Shown piece by piece: positions 40,410 to 54,250 of a stretch of DNA of 64,000 bases. The notes beneath the pieces are model-generated. The model saw only the letters and a program-made list of their open reading frames with translations. It did not search any database and was not told where the DNA came from. Within the stretch, counting starts at the first letter, position 1, and each line of letters begins with the position of its first letter. This stretch comes from Takakia lepidozioides (Eukaryota; Plantae; Bryophyta), in assembly GCA_030704615.1 (NCBI GenBank), contig CM060732.1:42842001-42906000 (forward strand), read 5' to 3'. The translations under genes were made by a program, and so were the position numbers.

Positions 40410-41345
40410 TCAGGGATTTGTTTGCTAGACCTGTTTGGAGGTATGAGCACTGGGCTTGCAGGAGTGTTGCAAGCAGGGATTAAAGTACGCAAGTACTTGT
40501 ATGTGGAGAAGGATGAGATTGCTCGGCGTATTTCTATGCATCACATTGCCTTGCTCACACACCGGTATCCTGTGTTGTTGCCTTTCTCAGCAATTCAAGG
40601 GTATCAAAAGGCCTTGCCAGCAGACATTACCTTGTTGGGGGCGGATGATTTGGAGCGGCATGGTTCCATTGACTTGGTGATAGCCGGATGGCCTTGCCAA
40701 TGACACTATCCCGCAGGTCATGGGAATGGCTTGCATGATGCACGATCGCATTTGTTTTGGGAGATGTTGCGAGTATTGCGGGACTTGCAGACGAGCCAAG
40801 TGCAACCTCAAGGCTATATCTTAGAGAATGTTCATTTTATGGGGGATTCTCGGGCCAGGGTAATGGCCAGTGTGCATCAGGTGCGGTCTTGGATTGGATC
40901 GGCGGTGCTATTGGATGCACCAACGGTGGGATCACGCGCGCATCGACCTCGATTGTGGTGGACCAATCTTGCACCACTAGAGCTGCTCAAGAGAGCATAC
41001 GATTCCATTCATCGGCTACCCAATCTCACGGTTGAGGGCATTTTGAACCAAAGGAGGCAACCACAGAGAGTGCGACATGATGATCGTCCACCTATAGCAG
41101 TGGTCAATTGAGTGGGGCAGCCACGTTCGGCTTTGCCTACGCTCATGAGCTTTCCCTCGTCTCATGCTTTTTGAGACAATGGTCCTCGATTGATTTGGGA
41201 CAGTGTGCTACAGCAATTGGTGGAGCCCAATGCGGATGAGCGAGAGCGGGCAATGGGATTTTCCACCGGCACTACAGATGTGCCAGCTCTGTCAGAGGCA
41301 TCACGCCGCCAAGTGTTGGGTCAAGCAATGGATCTAAATTGCTTG
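40410..41345 (+). pseudogene. Cytosine-5 DNA methyltransferase domain (DNMT3-like, non-permuted) embedded in Pol
   Basis: Motif I LDLFGGMSTG, II YVEKD, III PADIT, IV AGWPCQ, V DARSHLF, VI ILENV, VIII HRPRLWWTN, IX ERERAMGF, X RRQVLGQAMD. All are in one frame with PR and RT. In-frame stops at about 40701, 41109 and 41172. Confidence 0.93.
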
Positions 41346-41924
41346 ACATGGGTCATTGGCTTGTGCATGGCTGAGCAATGGAGATTGTAAGCATTGATGG
41401 CTACTTCTGCACTCCCATTGGATAGTGCATCCTCCCTGCCAACCAGGACGGTTGAGGCAGTGAGTGGGGGCGAGCACAGGATCGTGGGTTGCAAACACCC
41501 ATGGCAGATGTGGGATGAGATGTGCAAAGAGAGAGTCATTGGATCTCTCAAGCAGCAGTATGAGGAGTGGGGAGAGCCATGGACTGAGGATCAGTTGGAG
41601 GCCAAGGTGGCCAAGGTTTTTGAAGAGGTTGAGAATGTTTCTTGCTCAGAGGATGTTCTTAAGGTGGCTATGGCGGAGCAAGTGGAGGCTACGCCACAGT
41701 CAGATTGGGCGGACAAGGCCCAAGAGGTTGCTATCTAGCAACCAAAGGATTCGTTTCCTACCTCCAAGCCTGATGTACCCAAGGTTGCAGTCACTGAGGA
41801 CAATTGGGAACCAGATATTGGACCTACAGTCACCGGAGGAGAGAGACGGAGGATCCAGCGATTTCTAAGGGCTTATAGAAGTTGCTTTGCCTTCGGTTTG
41901 AAGGGTTAGGAGATTCGTATTGAT

Positions 41925-42869
41925 TTGGCAAGTGACACGCCAATTTTTCGAAGGCCCTACCGGTATAGTGACATGGAGAGGTCATTGATCCAGTCACGGA
42001 CTATGGAGTTGTTCGAAGCTGGATTGGTGGAGTTGTCAGGCGGGGAGTATACCTCGGCAACGGTGATGCCAGCTAAGAAGGATATCTATGGCAATTGGAC
42101 AGAAAGAAGGATGTGTGGGGACTATCATCTTGTGAACCGTCAGACTAAGTCCGATAGATATGCCATGCCAACTCCAGAGGAGATATTTGATGCCATTGGG
42201 CATGCAAAGGTGTTTAGCACATTGGACTTGCGATCCGGTTACCACCAGTTGCCAATCAAAGAGGCTAACAAGCAAAAGATGGCATTTTGGGGGATTGATC
42301 AACATGGGAAAGATTGTTTGTACCAAAGGCGGTTCTTACCGTTTGGGATGAAGAATGCTCCTGCAGAATTTCAAATGGTCATGAATAGGATTCTCGCGAG
42401 GCTAGACTTCGTCCGGTGCTACATTGATGACATCATCGTCTTTAGTGCTACGGTTGAGGAGCACGAGGGACACCTTCAGGTGGTGTTTGAGCGCTTGAGA
42501 GCGCACGGGTTGAAATTGCACCCCGAAAAGTGCAAGTTCTTCCACAATCAGATTGAGTATCTGGGCCACATGATATACCCTGGAGGATTGGGTGTTCAAT
42601 AGACGAAGGTGGAGGCCATTGCATGCATTCCATGCCCCATGGATGTGAGCAAAGTTCGTGCTTTCATGTGATTGACAAACTACTATCGACGGTTTGTCAA
42701 GGGATTTAGCAGCATTGCAAATGCTCTTAACAAGTTGACCAAGGTGGGTCAGGAGTGGCAGTGGGAGGAGGAGCAGGAGGAAGCCTTTGAGGAACTCAAG
42801 GCTCGATTGATTTCTGCACCTATTCTGAGGCGGCCTATTTGGGGGCGGCCTTTCCAGCTACATACGGAT
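41925..42869 (+). pseudogene. Reverse transcriptase and start of RNase H
   Basis: RMCGDY, FSTLDLRSGYHQ, YIDD, LHPEKC, YYRRFVKGFS, FQLHTD. Confidence 0.95.
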
Positions 42870-44376
42870 CTCTCTTGAACAACTCTGCCCGCTGGGCACA
42901 TGCTTGTGTCCACACATCCGGATCATCAAGGTTGAGAACTACTGCAACTTCCCTGCGAATAGATGCAGGCAAATCCGGCTCTTGGCCGAAGAGAAGAAAG
43001 TAAGGTGAGAAGGAGGCAAGTAAAGCTTGTTTGCTGAACCTATAGCCCATAGCTAGCCAAGGCAGCTGAAGGTCCCAATCTCCTAGGTGTCCCTTCTGAA
43101 AAACCGTACTTGCGCAAACCTCTCTTGACTGTTTGAACAACTCTCTCCGCCAAGCCATCAGCCTCGGGATGATCCCGAGAAGTAGTGCGGTAATCTATCA
43201 AGGCTTGCTCACACAAAGCCTGAAACTCCCCCAAGAACTCTCTCCCCTGGTCCGTGAGTACCTCGGCTGGAGCACCAAAATGGCTAAGCACTCGATCTAA
43301 GAATGCATACGCAGCCCCCTCACTTGCATTGTCAGGCAATGCCACCAATTCAATCCATTTGGAGAAGTGTTCCACCATCACCAGCACATACTTGTTATGG
43401 CGAATCGTCAATGACAATGGGCCTGCGAAGTCAAGACTCCAACGATAGCCCAAACCCATAATGGGTAAAGGATGCAATTGTGGAGTTGGGGCGTTGAAAG
43501 AAGCCCGCACTCTATCACACACCATGCACCTTGCCACTAACTGTTGCACATCCGTGTACATGCCCCGCCACTAATACTGCCCTTGCAGCAAACTATGAGT
43601 GCGCCGCACCCCAAAATGTCCCAACTCCTCATGGGCATGTCGTACCAATCGCGCTCGTTGTGTTGAATGAAGCACAATCCTCACTCGCCCATCCTCCCAT
43701 ACCCGGAGTAGGTGAGTCCCCTCCCACTTGAACCTCTTGGCTCGTTGTAGGATCCGATCCCTCTCCTTAGCAGTCACACTAGCTGCTGTCTCTCCGGTAC
43801 GAAGATATGCCAACACTGCTGCATCTTCATGCACATCCTTAGCACCACCAAACTCCTCACTAGTCTTTGGATCGCCATGCACGCTATCTACATGACCAAT
43901 CGCATAGGATGAACCAGCTTGAGCTCCCATTGCTAGAATGCACAAAAAGGCCGATGCATGCCATCATGGCACCATCTCCTTATCTGTCTCACCATGCCAC
44001 CGAGCTCCAGTATCATCATGTTCACTCGTGCATGGATTACGACTCAATCCATCTGCATCTCGATTGACAATACCGGCTCGATGCACCATCTGGAAGTCGT
44101 AGTCTTGAAGCATAAGTGCCCACTGTGCAAGCTTCCCTGTAAGCTTGTCTGACTCTATCAACCACTTCAATGGTTGGTGATCCATGACAAGGGTGAAGAG
44201 ATTGCCATAGAGGTAGCATCTGAAATGTGCCACTGCCCATACCGCAGCTAGACACTCCCCTTCATATGAACTATACTTCGCCTCCGCATCATTGTTCGAG
44301 CGGCTAGCATATGCCACTACGAACTCCTTCCCTCATCATCCACATGTGTGAGCACTGCTCCAATCCCCAGCATACT
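42870..44376 (-). pseudogene. RNase H remainder + integrase core (inverted in place)
   Basis: The minus strand starts SMLGIGAVLT, continuing the plus-strand HTD. It includes the HHCC and DDE motifs and ends at AQRAELFKR. Confidence 0.92.
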
Positions 44377-44410
44377 TCCTAGCATATAGTCCTAGAAAGC
44401 CACGCCACAA

Positions 44411-44845
44411 TGATACGGAAATGGTGAAAAGAGGAGAAACCACTCTATCACGTTATATAAGTCAAGCCAATGGCACCTTTGCTAAAGGACTCCACCATAC
44501 AGACCTCACCCACTCTCCATCGCAAGTACTAGAGCCATGGCGGCGAGAGAGGCCTCGGGAGGCTCGACTAGAAGAAGACGAGCCTGCCTACGTCTCACGT
44601 GGAGATAACCTCCCCACGTCCCAAGTGAGGTTCGCCACCTCACTTGGCACATGGAACCAAATGAAGTCCCAATGCCAACAAAATACAAATATAAATGTAT
44701 AATGTCCTAATTAGTTAGAAATAACTATTTCTAACTAATCACAAACAAAACCATGACAGCTGTCGTGCACCTAAGCATCGTGCCACAACATACATCGTTG
44801 TCCAACCACACTTCCTAGCATATAGTCCTAGAAAGCCACGCCACA
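44411..44845 (-). repeat. 3' LTR (435 bp) of the DNMT-bearing element, followed by the start of a second tandem LTR
   Basis: Minus strand: PPT CTAGGGGGGCGAT, then TGTGGCGTGG...CCGTATCA, then T, then TGTGGCGTGG... again (44374-44409). The continuation of the second LTR lies on the plus strand at 45508-45559. Confidence 0.85.
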
Positions 44846-45105
44846 ATCGCCCCCCTAGCTGGTGATTAGGTCCCTCTAACACCGGATAGCTTGCAAGTAT
44901 CCACCCCAATAAGATCATCGCTTGGTCTTTAATCGCACAAGTCCCAATACCTGAAGTCGATAGATCAAGAGGCCGGGTGCAAACGTAGCCCCATCGTTAG
45001 TCGCCTTCATGCAATCCATGATCTTCAGTTGAGTATCCATGGCATTGAAGCCCCACTAGCTAGACCTTGGATCACTTGTCCGCCTCACCGTTGTCATGCT
45101 CACTA

Positions 45106-45507
<402 letters not shown>

Positions 45508-45559
45508 AGTGTGGTTGGACAGCGATGTATGTTGTGGCACGATGCTTAGGTGCACGACA

Positions 45560-48500
45560 ACTTCCATGGACGTCCAAGAGACAAGGAAGGTGCCCGGACA
45601 TGGATTGTGGAGCATTTGGGTTCAGAAGGAGGCCTCACTCATCATTATTGCCACTCTATGGGAAGAGGTTTATACACTGTCAAATTTGGTACGAAGGAGA
45701 ATGCGGAGCGGGCTCTAGCTTTCAACACACGCAAATCAAGGTTCAAAGTCCATATTTTTCCTTGGTGTCGTGCATGGGGGCACAAGGACGGCACTACTTG
45801 CAAACCGCGGATTATTGCCCTGCCCTTCCTACTTGATAACTACCAGGCCTCGCTTCCGGAGATTGGAGCTCACTTCGGCTCCTTCATTGGAAGTCTAAAT
45901 GTGTTTTGATCCAATGGACGACGCTGTACTAAGTGTGGATCAGGACCCCTCGCTATTTGATGGCAATGACAGTGGAGTCCCAAAAATTGTTGTACTGATG
46001 CCAGAGACAGCGAAGATAGGAAATGCAATTAAATTGCCGACTCTGGACGGCTCTTTTATTTATGTTCAGATCAAAGAAGAGGTTCTAAGCATAATCTGCT
46101 TTGAATGCAATGGAGAGGGCCATGTCAAAGCAGACTGCCCCCAACGCGGCAAAGCAGTTGTGAAGGCGCAGCCAGAAGTCCCCACCCCTGGTGTGCTGCC
46201 TTCTGAAACTCACAGTGCCCCGGTCATCCCTCTCTCCCCTTCGCGTTCAAGAGATGCAAGTACTACCGCGGCCTCCCTTCCAACGCTCTCGCTGGAGCGT
46301 CATGCTAAACGGAAGAGAATCGGTTCCCCCTCGATTTCATCTCCACCACCGCGACTACGTCTCATTCTGCTACCTCGGGAATAAGGGAGTCCCAACCCCC
46401 ATTGCCCTCCTGCAGTTTTTGACTTTTGCCCTTACTCGGACACCGAAGATGAGCGGATTATCAACTTGGCCACGAGATGCTTGGACCTGCGCTCTTTTGC
46501 AAACCTAAAGCTTTGTGAATGGTCCCCTAAAAATGCTGTGAGTCGCAGCTTGGCAGTAGTCAGAATTACTCCTATAATCTACGGCATGCTCGATGGCCCT
46601 AACCGCCCCCCTTCTAAAACTTACTACCCGGACTCTAAGGCGGTGGAGCTTTGTCTCAAGCTGGTGGGTACCCTCTTTGCCGAGGAACCATTCCAATTCT
46701 TACTCTCCAATGACACTACGGTGCATTTCGGGGCATTCTGGGACAACTCCACAGAATTTGATGCTGCTTCCACGGTCAATGTTCTACTCGCCTTCAGTTG
46801 GGAGGATATTGGAGGCGGTTTAAATACTAAAGTGGGCTCCTTCTCATGGTCCACAAAAAAGGCCTTGGCAGAGGACACTGTTGAAGCCCAACCTAGTAAT
46901 GGGTTCCCGTCCGCAGGAGGTTTCTCTCGGAGCAGGAAGGTCATCGCTGCTGGCTTCACACTTGCAGACGCAATTCTAGGTCTTCCTGTGGCCCAGGCCC
47001 ATTCGCCTGCAATTTCACCTAGCCTTGGTAAAGCCGCCACTACGGGCTTCCAGCCCTATGCTGGCTCGTCAAAAAAAGCTCATCTACACTCTCCTTCAAC
47101 CGTGTCTCCATCAACCCTTGGAGGATCTCCCCTGGTAAGTTCCAACTGCTTAGCCTTCTCCCTCTGCATCTGCTGCCCATCCCCTTTCTCAGGCATATGT
47201 CAGGTTCTTGCTAGCTGGCATCAGCTGGGGATGATTCTCCCCCATCTCTTCTATGCCCCTGGAAGTAAACTGTTGTCAGAAAAATACCTTCACAACTTTG
47301 CTTGTTGGCTAGGGCTCAAGGATGTCATTAAAGGCTGTTCGGTTATTTCAAGAAAGAAGACACAGTTTATTGCTTTGGTTTAGGGTCAACAGAAACAGGG
47401 TTTAGGTAACACACCAATGGGTGTCATCTACCTCTCCTCTACACCAGCGCCCCCCACCGGATTTGGTTGGTTCTCCTTCCTCCTCCACAACGACAGTAAG
47501 CCTATCTTCTTCTTTTCCACATCAGGGCTATCATTTCGAGAAGTTTTCTCGAGCCCTCCCCCCCAAGTTAATGTTATTTAACATCATATCCTAGAATATT
47601 AGAGGCATAGGTTCTGATGCCTCTGCCCCTAAAAGATCCAAGATTAAACGCTGGACTGCCTCAGTGATGTCTGAAAATTCTATTATCTTCCTACAGGAAC
47701 ATAAGCTAAATGATTCTAAGATAACCTCTTTGGGAAATATGTTGTGGCCAGCCAATCTTTCTGTGGCTGACTCTAGAGGTGGCACATCTATTCTGGTGTC
47801 CCCGAATCTGGCCAACCATATCTCTGGAGTGGAAATCTGGATGATTGGCAGAGCGCAATTTTGTCTTCTCTCCATTCCTAGTACATGGTGTAAAATAGGC
47901 CTCATAAATGTTTATGCTCCCAATGTTGTTGCTGATAGGATTGCTTTTTGGCACCTTTTACACTCCAAGATCTTAAACCATTCAGAGATTGACCAATGGC
48001 TAATGGCTGGAGACTTCAATATGACTGAAAGAGCTATGGATAGGCTGAATCCTGGCAGTTTCAGCCTCACCCCCAACAAAAGTAATGCGTGGGAAACTCT
48101 CTGTCTCTCTGTCGGTCTTATTGACATCTCCATCCCTGGAGATAATCAGCTGCGATTCTCTTGGACAAATTGCAGAGCACCGCCTGAACTGGTTATGGCC
48201 AGACTAGATCGAATTTACTGCACTACTGGTATAGTGTCTTGGGCCCGGCCTATTCCAATGGGCCCAGTGCTTCCTAACTTCAACCATGCAGAGACTGGAG
48301 CTCTATTTTCTGTTCCTGGATCTAGGTCCAAAGGTAGAGGTTACTTCAAGCTTAACCCATCTATGCTTAAATCTAGGGCAGGCCCAGATATGGTTTTCAT
48401 CTGGGAACCATTTTTAGTCTGCCACCCTTAGATTCCTTACCAAGCTAGAGGCTACCAGGATTAGATCCCAGGAACTATCCAAAGCCTTTGCTTTAGCATG

Positions 48501-51500
48501 CTCCCAAAAAGAGAAGAGTCTGCTCAAATGCCTCCATCTTTGCCAACAGCTTTTGGAGAACAAAGATGAAGGTCCCTGTACGCTGATGAACTATAATAGA
48601 GCAAAATCCAATCTCTGGAATTTTAGACAGGAGAAGGAAAACGCTATCTGTATAAAGGCAGGGGTGAACTGGTCTCTAAAAGGTGAAAAAACGACCAAAT
48701 ATTCCTCCCTCACTAGCCCTGATGGGTCCACTACCTCCTCCAACCCTAAAGCGATGGCTGCCTATGCTGAGCAACACTTTGCCTCCCTCTTCTCTAAGAG
48801 GCAACACTCAGAAGAGTCTAAGTTTGCCTCTCAGGAAATTCTGTGATGTGTCCCCTCGCTCCTTTCTGAAAAAGAGAAAGAGGAACTCTCTTCCCCGCTC
48901 TCCGACTCAGACCTAGCGGAGGCCTTGCATTCCCTCAAAGCTGGAAAGATGCCAGGGTTAGACGGCATGCCAATTGAATTTTTTACGGCCCTCTGGCAGA
49001 CCATAGTGAATGACTTTGTTGAGTTGGCTAAAGATATACATTCGAAGGGCATCATGCCTTCACAACTCTCAATTGGTCTCATCACTTTGATTTTCAAAAA
49101 CCGGGTGATAGAAGCATGTTATCTAATTATAGACCTATAACGCTTCTGAACACTGTTTACAAAATTATTGCCAAGGCTTTGGCCCTCAGGCTGCAACCCA
49201 TTCTCTCTCGGGTTATCAGACCAGAGCAATCCGGGTTTCTAAAAGGGAGAATGATTCTAGATAACATTCTTCTAGTCAATGAAGTCATACACAAGGCCAA
49301 GTGCTTTGAGCAGCCCATGGCCATACTCATGCTTGACTTTGAAAAGGCCTTTGATAACATTGATTGGAGTTTTCTAAATCAAGTGTTGGTCAGAATGGGA
49401 ATGCCTGAAGCTTTCAAGAGATGGATCCATATCCTACTTTCCTCAGCCTCTAGCAAAGTCACGGTAAACGGAGTGATTTCAAAGCCTTTTGCGCTTTTCA
49501 GGTCCGTAAGGCAAGGTTGCCCACTGTCTCCCTACCTCTTTCTCATGGCAGCAGATGCCCTAGGACACTACCTCAATTCCAGGCAGGATATTCTGGGCCT
49601 AAAAATGCAGGATGGGTCCTCTATTAAGAACTCAATGTATGCTGATGACACCACATTGTTTTGAATAATGAGGCACTAGCAAACATTGAAAGAGCTCGTC
49701 AAGCCCTGCAATTTTTCTGCTCCGCTTCTGGGCCCAAAATAAACTGGACCAAATCAGTTGGCCTCCTCACAGAGATGTCTGCTTCATCCTATAGACAGCA
49801 CGGCCCTCCTTCGGGACAAGATGTGGGTCTCAAATGGCTCCAGCCAGGTTCAGCGCACACACTTTTGGGCTTTCAGATTGGGATAGGGCTCACTGATGAG
49901 CAAAGATTTGAGCCTGTCTTATAGAAGCTTCGTAACAAACTGGCCTTTTGGAGCTCAGCTATGCTGTCTATTGCAAGCATGGCTCTAGTTCTAAATCAAA
50001 TACTACTTGCATCAGTGTGGTATCCTGCCTCGGTTTGGTCTCCCGGTTCCAAGCTAATTACAAAGCTGAAAGCAATGATGAGGAACTTTTTGTAGGGCGC
50101 CTCCCCCCAAAACCCCACCAAAAGAGCTCTGGTATCCTGGTCACCGCTTTGCTGTCCTAGAAAAGAAGGTGGTTTGGGCCTTTTAGCCCCATCCATTCAG
50201 ATCACGGCCTTGCTGGCAAAATGGATACCTAGGTTGCTTACCAGTGAAGGAAGCCCGTGGGGCAACTTGGTCAGAGAACACCTAGTGCAGGCCTATCCGC
50301 CGAACTCTCCACCATCCCTCAAATGGATAGTGCATGGGATGGGGAAAGTGAAAGCTATAGGGTCTGCGACTTGGAACTCCATATGGGATGCTTGGAAGAT
50401 GATGAAGCCTAAGTTAACTCAAAGACGAGCAAAATGCTTTGAAGAGGCCATCCGTCAGCCACTATTTGGTAACCTCAACCTTGACTGCAGCCCATTGGCG
50501 ACTCTCCACAAAAAATGGGCTACCTGGGAGGCGTCAGGCCTCTCGCATGTTGCCAATATATGGGAGGATGGTCAATTCCTGAGACTGAGCCTCTTGTCCT
50601 CCCTGGTCTCTGCTAGATCAATCGCGTGTGGTTGGGCCCATATCCAAAGAGGTGTCCAATATGTGCAACCCCTGCTGGTAGGTGGCCCATGCACAAAGAA
50701 CGACTTACCTGCCTGGTTTGGTAGCTCGCATGACAACAATCATATGGCCATCTTGGCCACATCCACCTCTGATTCCCATTGGAAAGGTCTAATCTTCCGC
50801 GCTATGGCTGGGGGACGCCTGGACTCATTAGGCTCAGGCGACATGCACCATGACGTGGCCGACAAGATAAGGGTATTTGATCTGAACTCGGGCTCTACTG
50901 AACATAGTCCACCTGACGGCGTAGAAATAGGATGGGCTCGGCAGTTATCCTTCGTCTGGTTCCTATCTTATCCTCTAAGCAGACTTCAGTTTGATCCAAG
51001 CGAATGGTCTTGGATGGATGGCAAGAAAACGCCCCTGCTTGGTTACACGGTCAAAAGGGGACACAAAATGCTTCTCGGCCAAGCAAAGTTTACAGCCAAG
51101 TGGAATAAAAAATGGCATCTGGATTTACAGGTCCCGGCCTGGAAATCTATATGGAAAGACATATGGGCCAAACACCGTCCAGCAAAAATTAGTGCATTCT
51201 TATGGAAGTTGGCAAATAGAATTCTGCCCGTGGCGGCTTGCTTTCAAGATCAAGACCCAGCTTGTCTAGTTTGTGCCAGAAACTCGGAGGAGACTATTGA
51301 ACATGCATTTATGGATTGCCACATTGCTGCGAGGACTTTGCTACTGGTCACTGCTTTCAACCTTCACTGGAAACAACTACCATTTGTGGATGCATCGCTT
51401 ATGTTGCTCAACCTGCACAATGGCTCATTATGGAGTACATGCCCAATATGGGCATGTCTCAGAGCACACACTCTTTGGGCACTATGGAAGGCTAGGTGCA

Positions 51501-52268
51501 CTTTAGTTTTTGAGACGACACAGCCCAACATCAGATTTATTCTATTTAAGTTGTTCTCTGACCTGATGACTGAGGGGAAAAAGGCTTGGTTGTCACTACT
51601 TACTGCCACAGCCAGGTGCAACGACAGGAGGCGTCAACAGTTCACCTGGGCCAAAGACGGCATCCTCTGCACCAGGACTGATGACTCGAGAGTCTAATGG
51701 CATGACACGATCCCCGGGGCTTGGGAAATCGCCAGCTGAATTCGATGGTGCTGAAGTCAATTGGAAGCACCTCAACCTGCGCAGTGCAAAATCCAAAGCC
51801 CACCTGAACTTTGGACTCTGATCCTCCCCCCTAGCCTGGAACGGTTATTGCTTGGTGACTCTGAACTCTACAACCTTCCCGGGCATGTCTCGAATTTTGG
51901 TTCTGCAATCCTGCTCTGTTTTGCAGATGTTCTCCTGGTGTTATTAGGCTGATCGCAGCTAGACTGGATGTGTACGGGCCCTCTCCTCTCCATGCTTGAA
52001 TCCAAATCCTTTAGATTCTGGCTTTCTTGTTTTCAGCATTAGCTGCTATATTAAGGACTTCTGTAGGTCCCTCCCCCTTTTTCCCCCTCGTCCCTTTGTG
52101 TTCAGGGTGTACCCCTTGTGTTTCACCTTTATGGTCCCCTGGAGGTTATTTTTTCCTCCTGTCTGTCCACAATTTTGACTCCTTGTGAACATTTATCTCA
52201 TTTAATTTGATTAGAGGGCCTCTGTCCCTTTGTCTAAAAAGAAAAAAAAAGATAAAAAGAAAAAAAAG
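45560..52268 (+). mobile_element. L1-clade LINE, decayed (ORF1 knuckle; ORF2 APE-RT-zf-RVT; A-rich tail)
   Basis: CFECNGEGHVKADC; FLQEHKL, NVYAPN, AGDFN, ARLDRIY; PGLDGMPIEFF, YRPITLLN, LDFEKAFD, RQGCPLSP, YADD; CLVC...ETIEHAFMDC; A-rich tail at about 52235-52268. Confidence 0.93.
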
Positions 52269-52799
52269 ATATATGGTATGAAAAAACAGATGGACTTGTA
52301 ACTTCTTCACCGGAGAAGTTTAGAAGTAAGCATATGTTATGTATGTTATGTATGGTTGCAGGGCAGTCTTCCCGCTATAAAGCCTTCATGGCCTCTGTGG
52401 TGGTTATTTTTTCCACCCTTCTCAATTCAATTTTTGGAGCTTTGTCCCCTTCAGGGGGAAAAAGAAAAAGAAAAAGAAAAGAACATATGACATATGTTGG
52501 GTTTCCAGAAAAATTAGACTATTGAGACACTTGTCCGGGTGGACAAGCCCAAAATCAGCCAAGTATGTGGATATATTGTCTGACAGAACTTGACCTAAGT
52601 AGAAAGGTGCACTCCGAACTTACACCTGAGATGGAGTGTAACTAACAATCCTTTAAAAACATACTTAAATTATATTTTAATTGACTATGTGGTTAAAAAC
52701 ATGACCGTCTTCTCGTAGATATAAAGTAACTTCCTCGCTAGTAGTAAGTAGCTCATAAACCCTGCCGGCGATTGCCGGGAAAGCGCATCGGAGATAGGA

Positions 52800-54250
52800 G
52801 CCCGTGTTCATGTGAACGTTCGTTACACTAAAACTCGCAAGTCGGGTTGGCATGAGCTGCGGGGGGCTCTTGTTTGGGGCCGCATGCATTTTTGCCCTGC
52901 TCTCTACAATTACTCGTCTGCGTTAGGTGTTGGACAATTCCATTCCTTCTCATGTAATGTTCGTTATAGTGAAATCGGGGTTTGCATGCTGTCTGTTTTG
53001 CCTCTGAGTCTTGTTTCGGGACGTATTCATCTCTATATTGTGCTCTCTCTACAATTGCTCATTCCTTTAGCGTGTTTGTCAAACTGCTGGTGTTTAGATT
53101 TTTCCTCCTTTGTTCATGTGAACGTTCGTTGCTCTAGAACTCGGGGTTTACTTTTCGTATGTGTTGCATTTGTGTCTTGTTGGGGGACGCATCCATCTCT
53201 ACCTTGCTCTCTACAATTTCTCATCGCATTTAGCGCATTTGTTAAGCTAAAGGTGTGTTGGATTCTCTTCCTTTGTTTTCGAGAGCGCTTGATGTGGTAG
53301 TGAGATGTGCTCCTGTGTCGGCTTCTTGTAGTGGGAATCCTCGTACCTGTTCGAGCAATTCAAGCTTACTTTTTACTGGGAAGCTACGTGGCTGTTCTGC
53401 AATTGAGCTTGTAGTGAATTGGTACTCTTCGTTGTCTCTTCTCACGGCTTCTTGTGACAAAGACAGGTCTTTGAGCATGAAAGCTGCGTCACTGTTTTTG
53501 CAGTCGAGCTATCAGTGAGCGGGTGAGGGGGAAAGCTATGTGTAGTCGAGCTTTCAGTGAATTGGTATACTCTGTTGTCACTTATAACCGCTTGCTGTGA
53601 CAAAGACAGGTCTTTGAGCGGAATGTGAGTGCCCTGATCTATTGAAGCTTTAGTTTGTTGGAGTCTCAATTATGAGAGGTTGCTGTCACGAGGTCACTTC
53701 TCTGCTTGTCTATTCTTCGAGAGCGTTTCGAAGACTGTTTGCGAGAACCCTGGTCCCCCCAATTGCCACGGCCAAATTCTTCTAGAGGTTGTTGTAGCGG
53801 GGCCCGCGAGGGAATGCCCTTACCCTGAGCTCTACTAGAGCTTTTAGTGTTAGTTGTTTGAAATTCTATGCGTCCATTTATGGGAGGTTGTCGCAACAAG
53901 GTCACCTTTCATTTGTTTCTACTGCTGGAGTGGGAATCTGAGTATCTGGATCTCCGTCATCATCGATTTTCCTCCTTAGCAGGTTTTAGTTGATTTGGAT
54001 GTCGGCTTTCATTCCTCAATGTTCTACAAATGAGGTCACCATGTGCATCTATTCTTTCAGAGGGATTGCACACTTCTTAAACACACTTCTTTGAGAGGTG
54101 TGTTGTAGTGGGGACCTTTCTATTTGTCTCAATTATGAGGGTGGGAATCCCCTTGACTGTGGTCTCTATTCCAGCTATTAGAATTTTGAAGTTGTTTGGA
54201 TTCCATGCGTTCATTTATGGGAGGTTGTTGGAACAAGGTCACCATTTATG
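52800..54250. repeat. Degenerate local duplications upstream of the host gene
   Basis: GTTCATGTGAACGTTCGTT at ~52806 and ~53112; TGTGACAAAGACAGGTCTTTGAGC at ~53453 and ~53597; CATTTATGGGAGGTTGT at ~53876 and ~54213. Confidence 0.7.

Noticed and set aside
40410-41345. Host DRM/DNMT3 gene or bacterial restriction-modification methylase
   Set aside because: It is intronless and in-frame between retroelement protease and RT. It has no UBA domains or DRM permutation and no adjacent restriction enzyme.
45560-52290. TSD around the L1
   Set aside because: No matching direct repeat was found, and the interrupted LTR does not resume after the tail.
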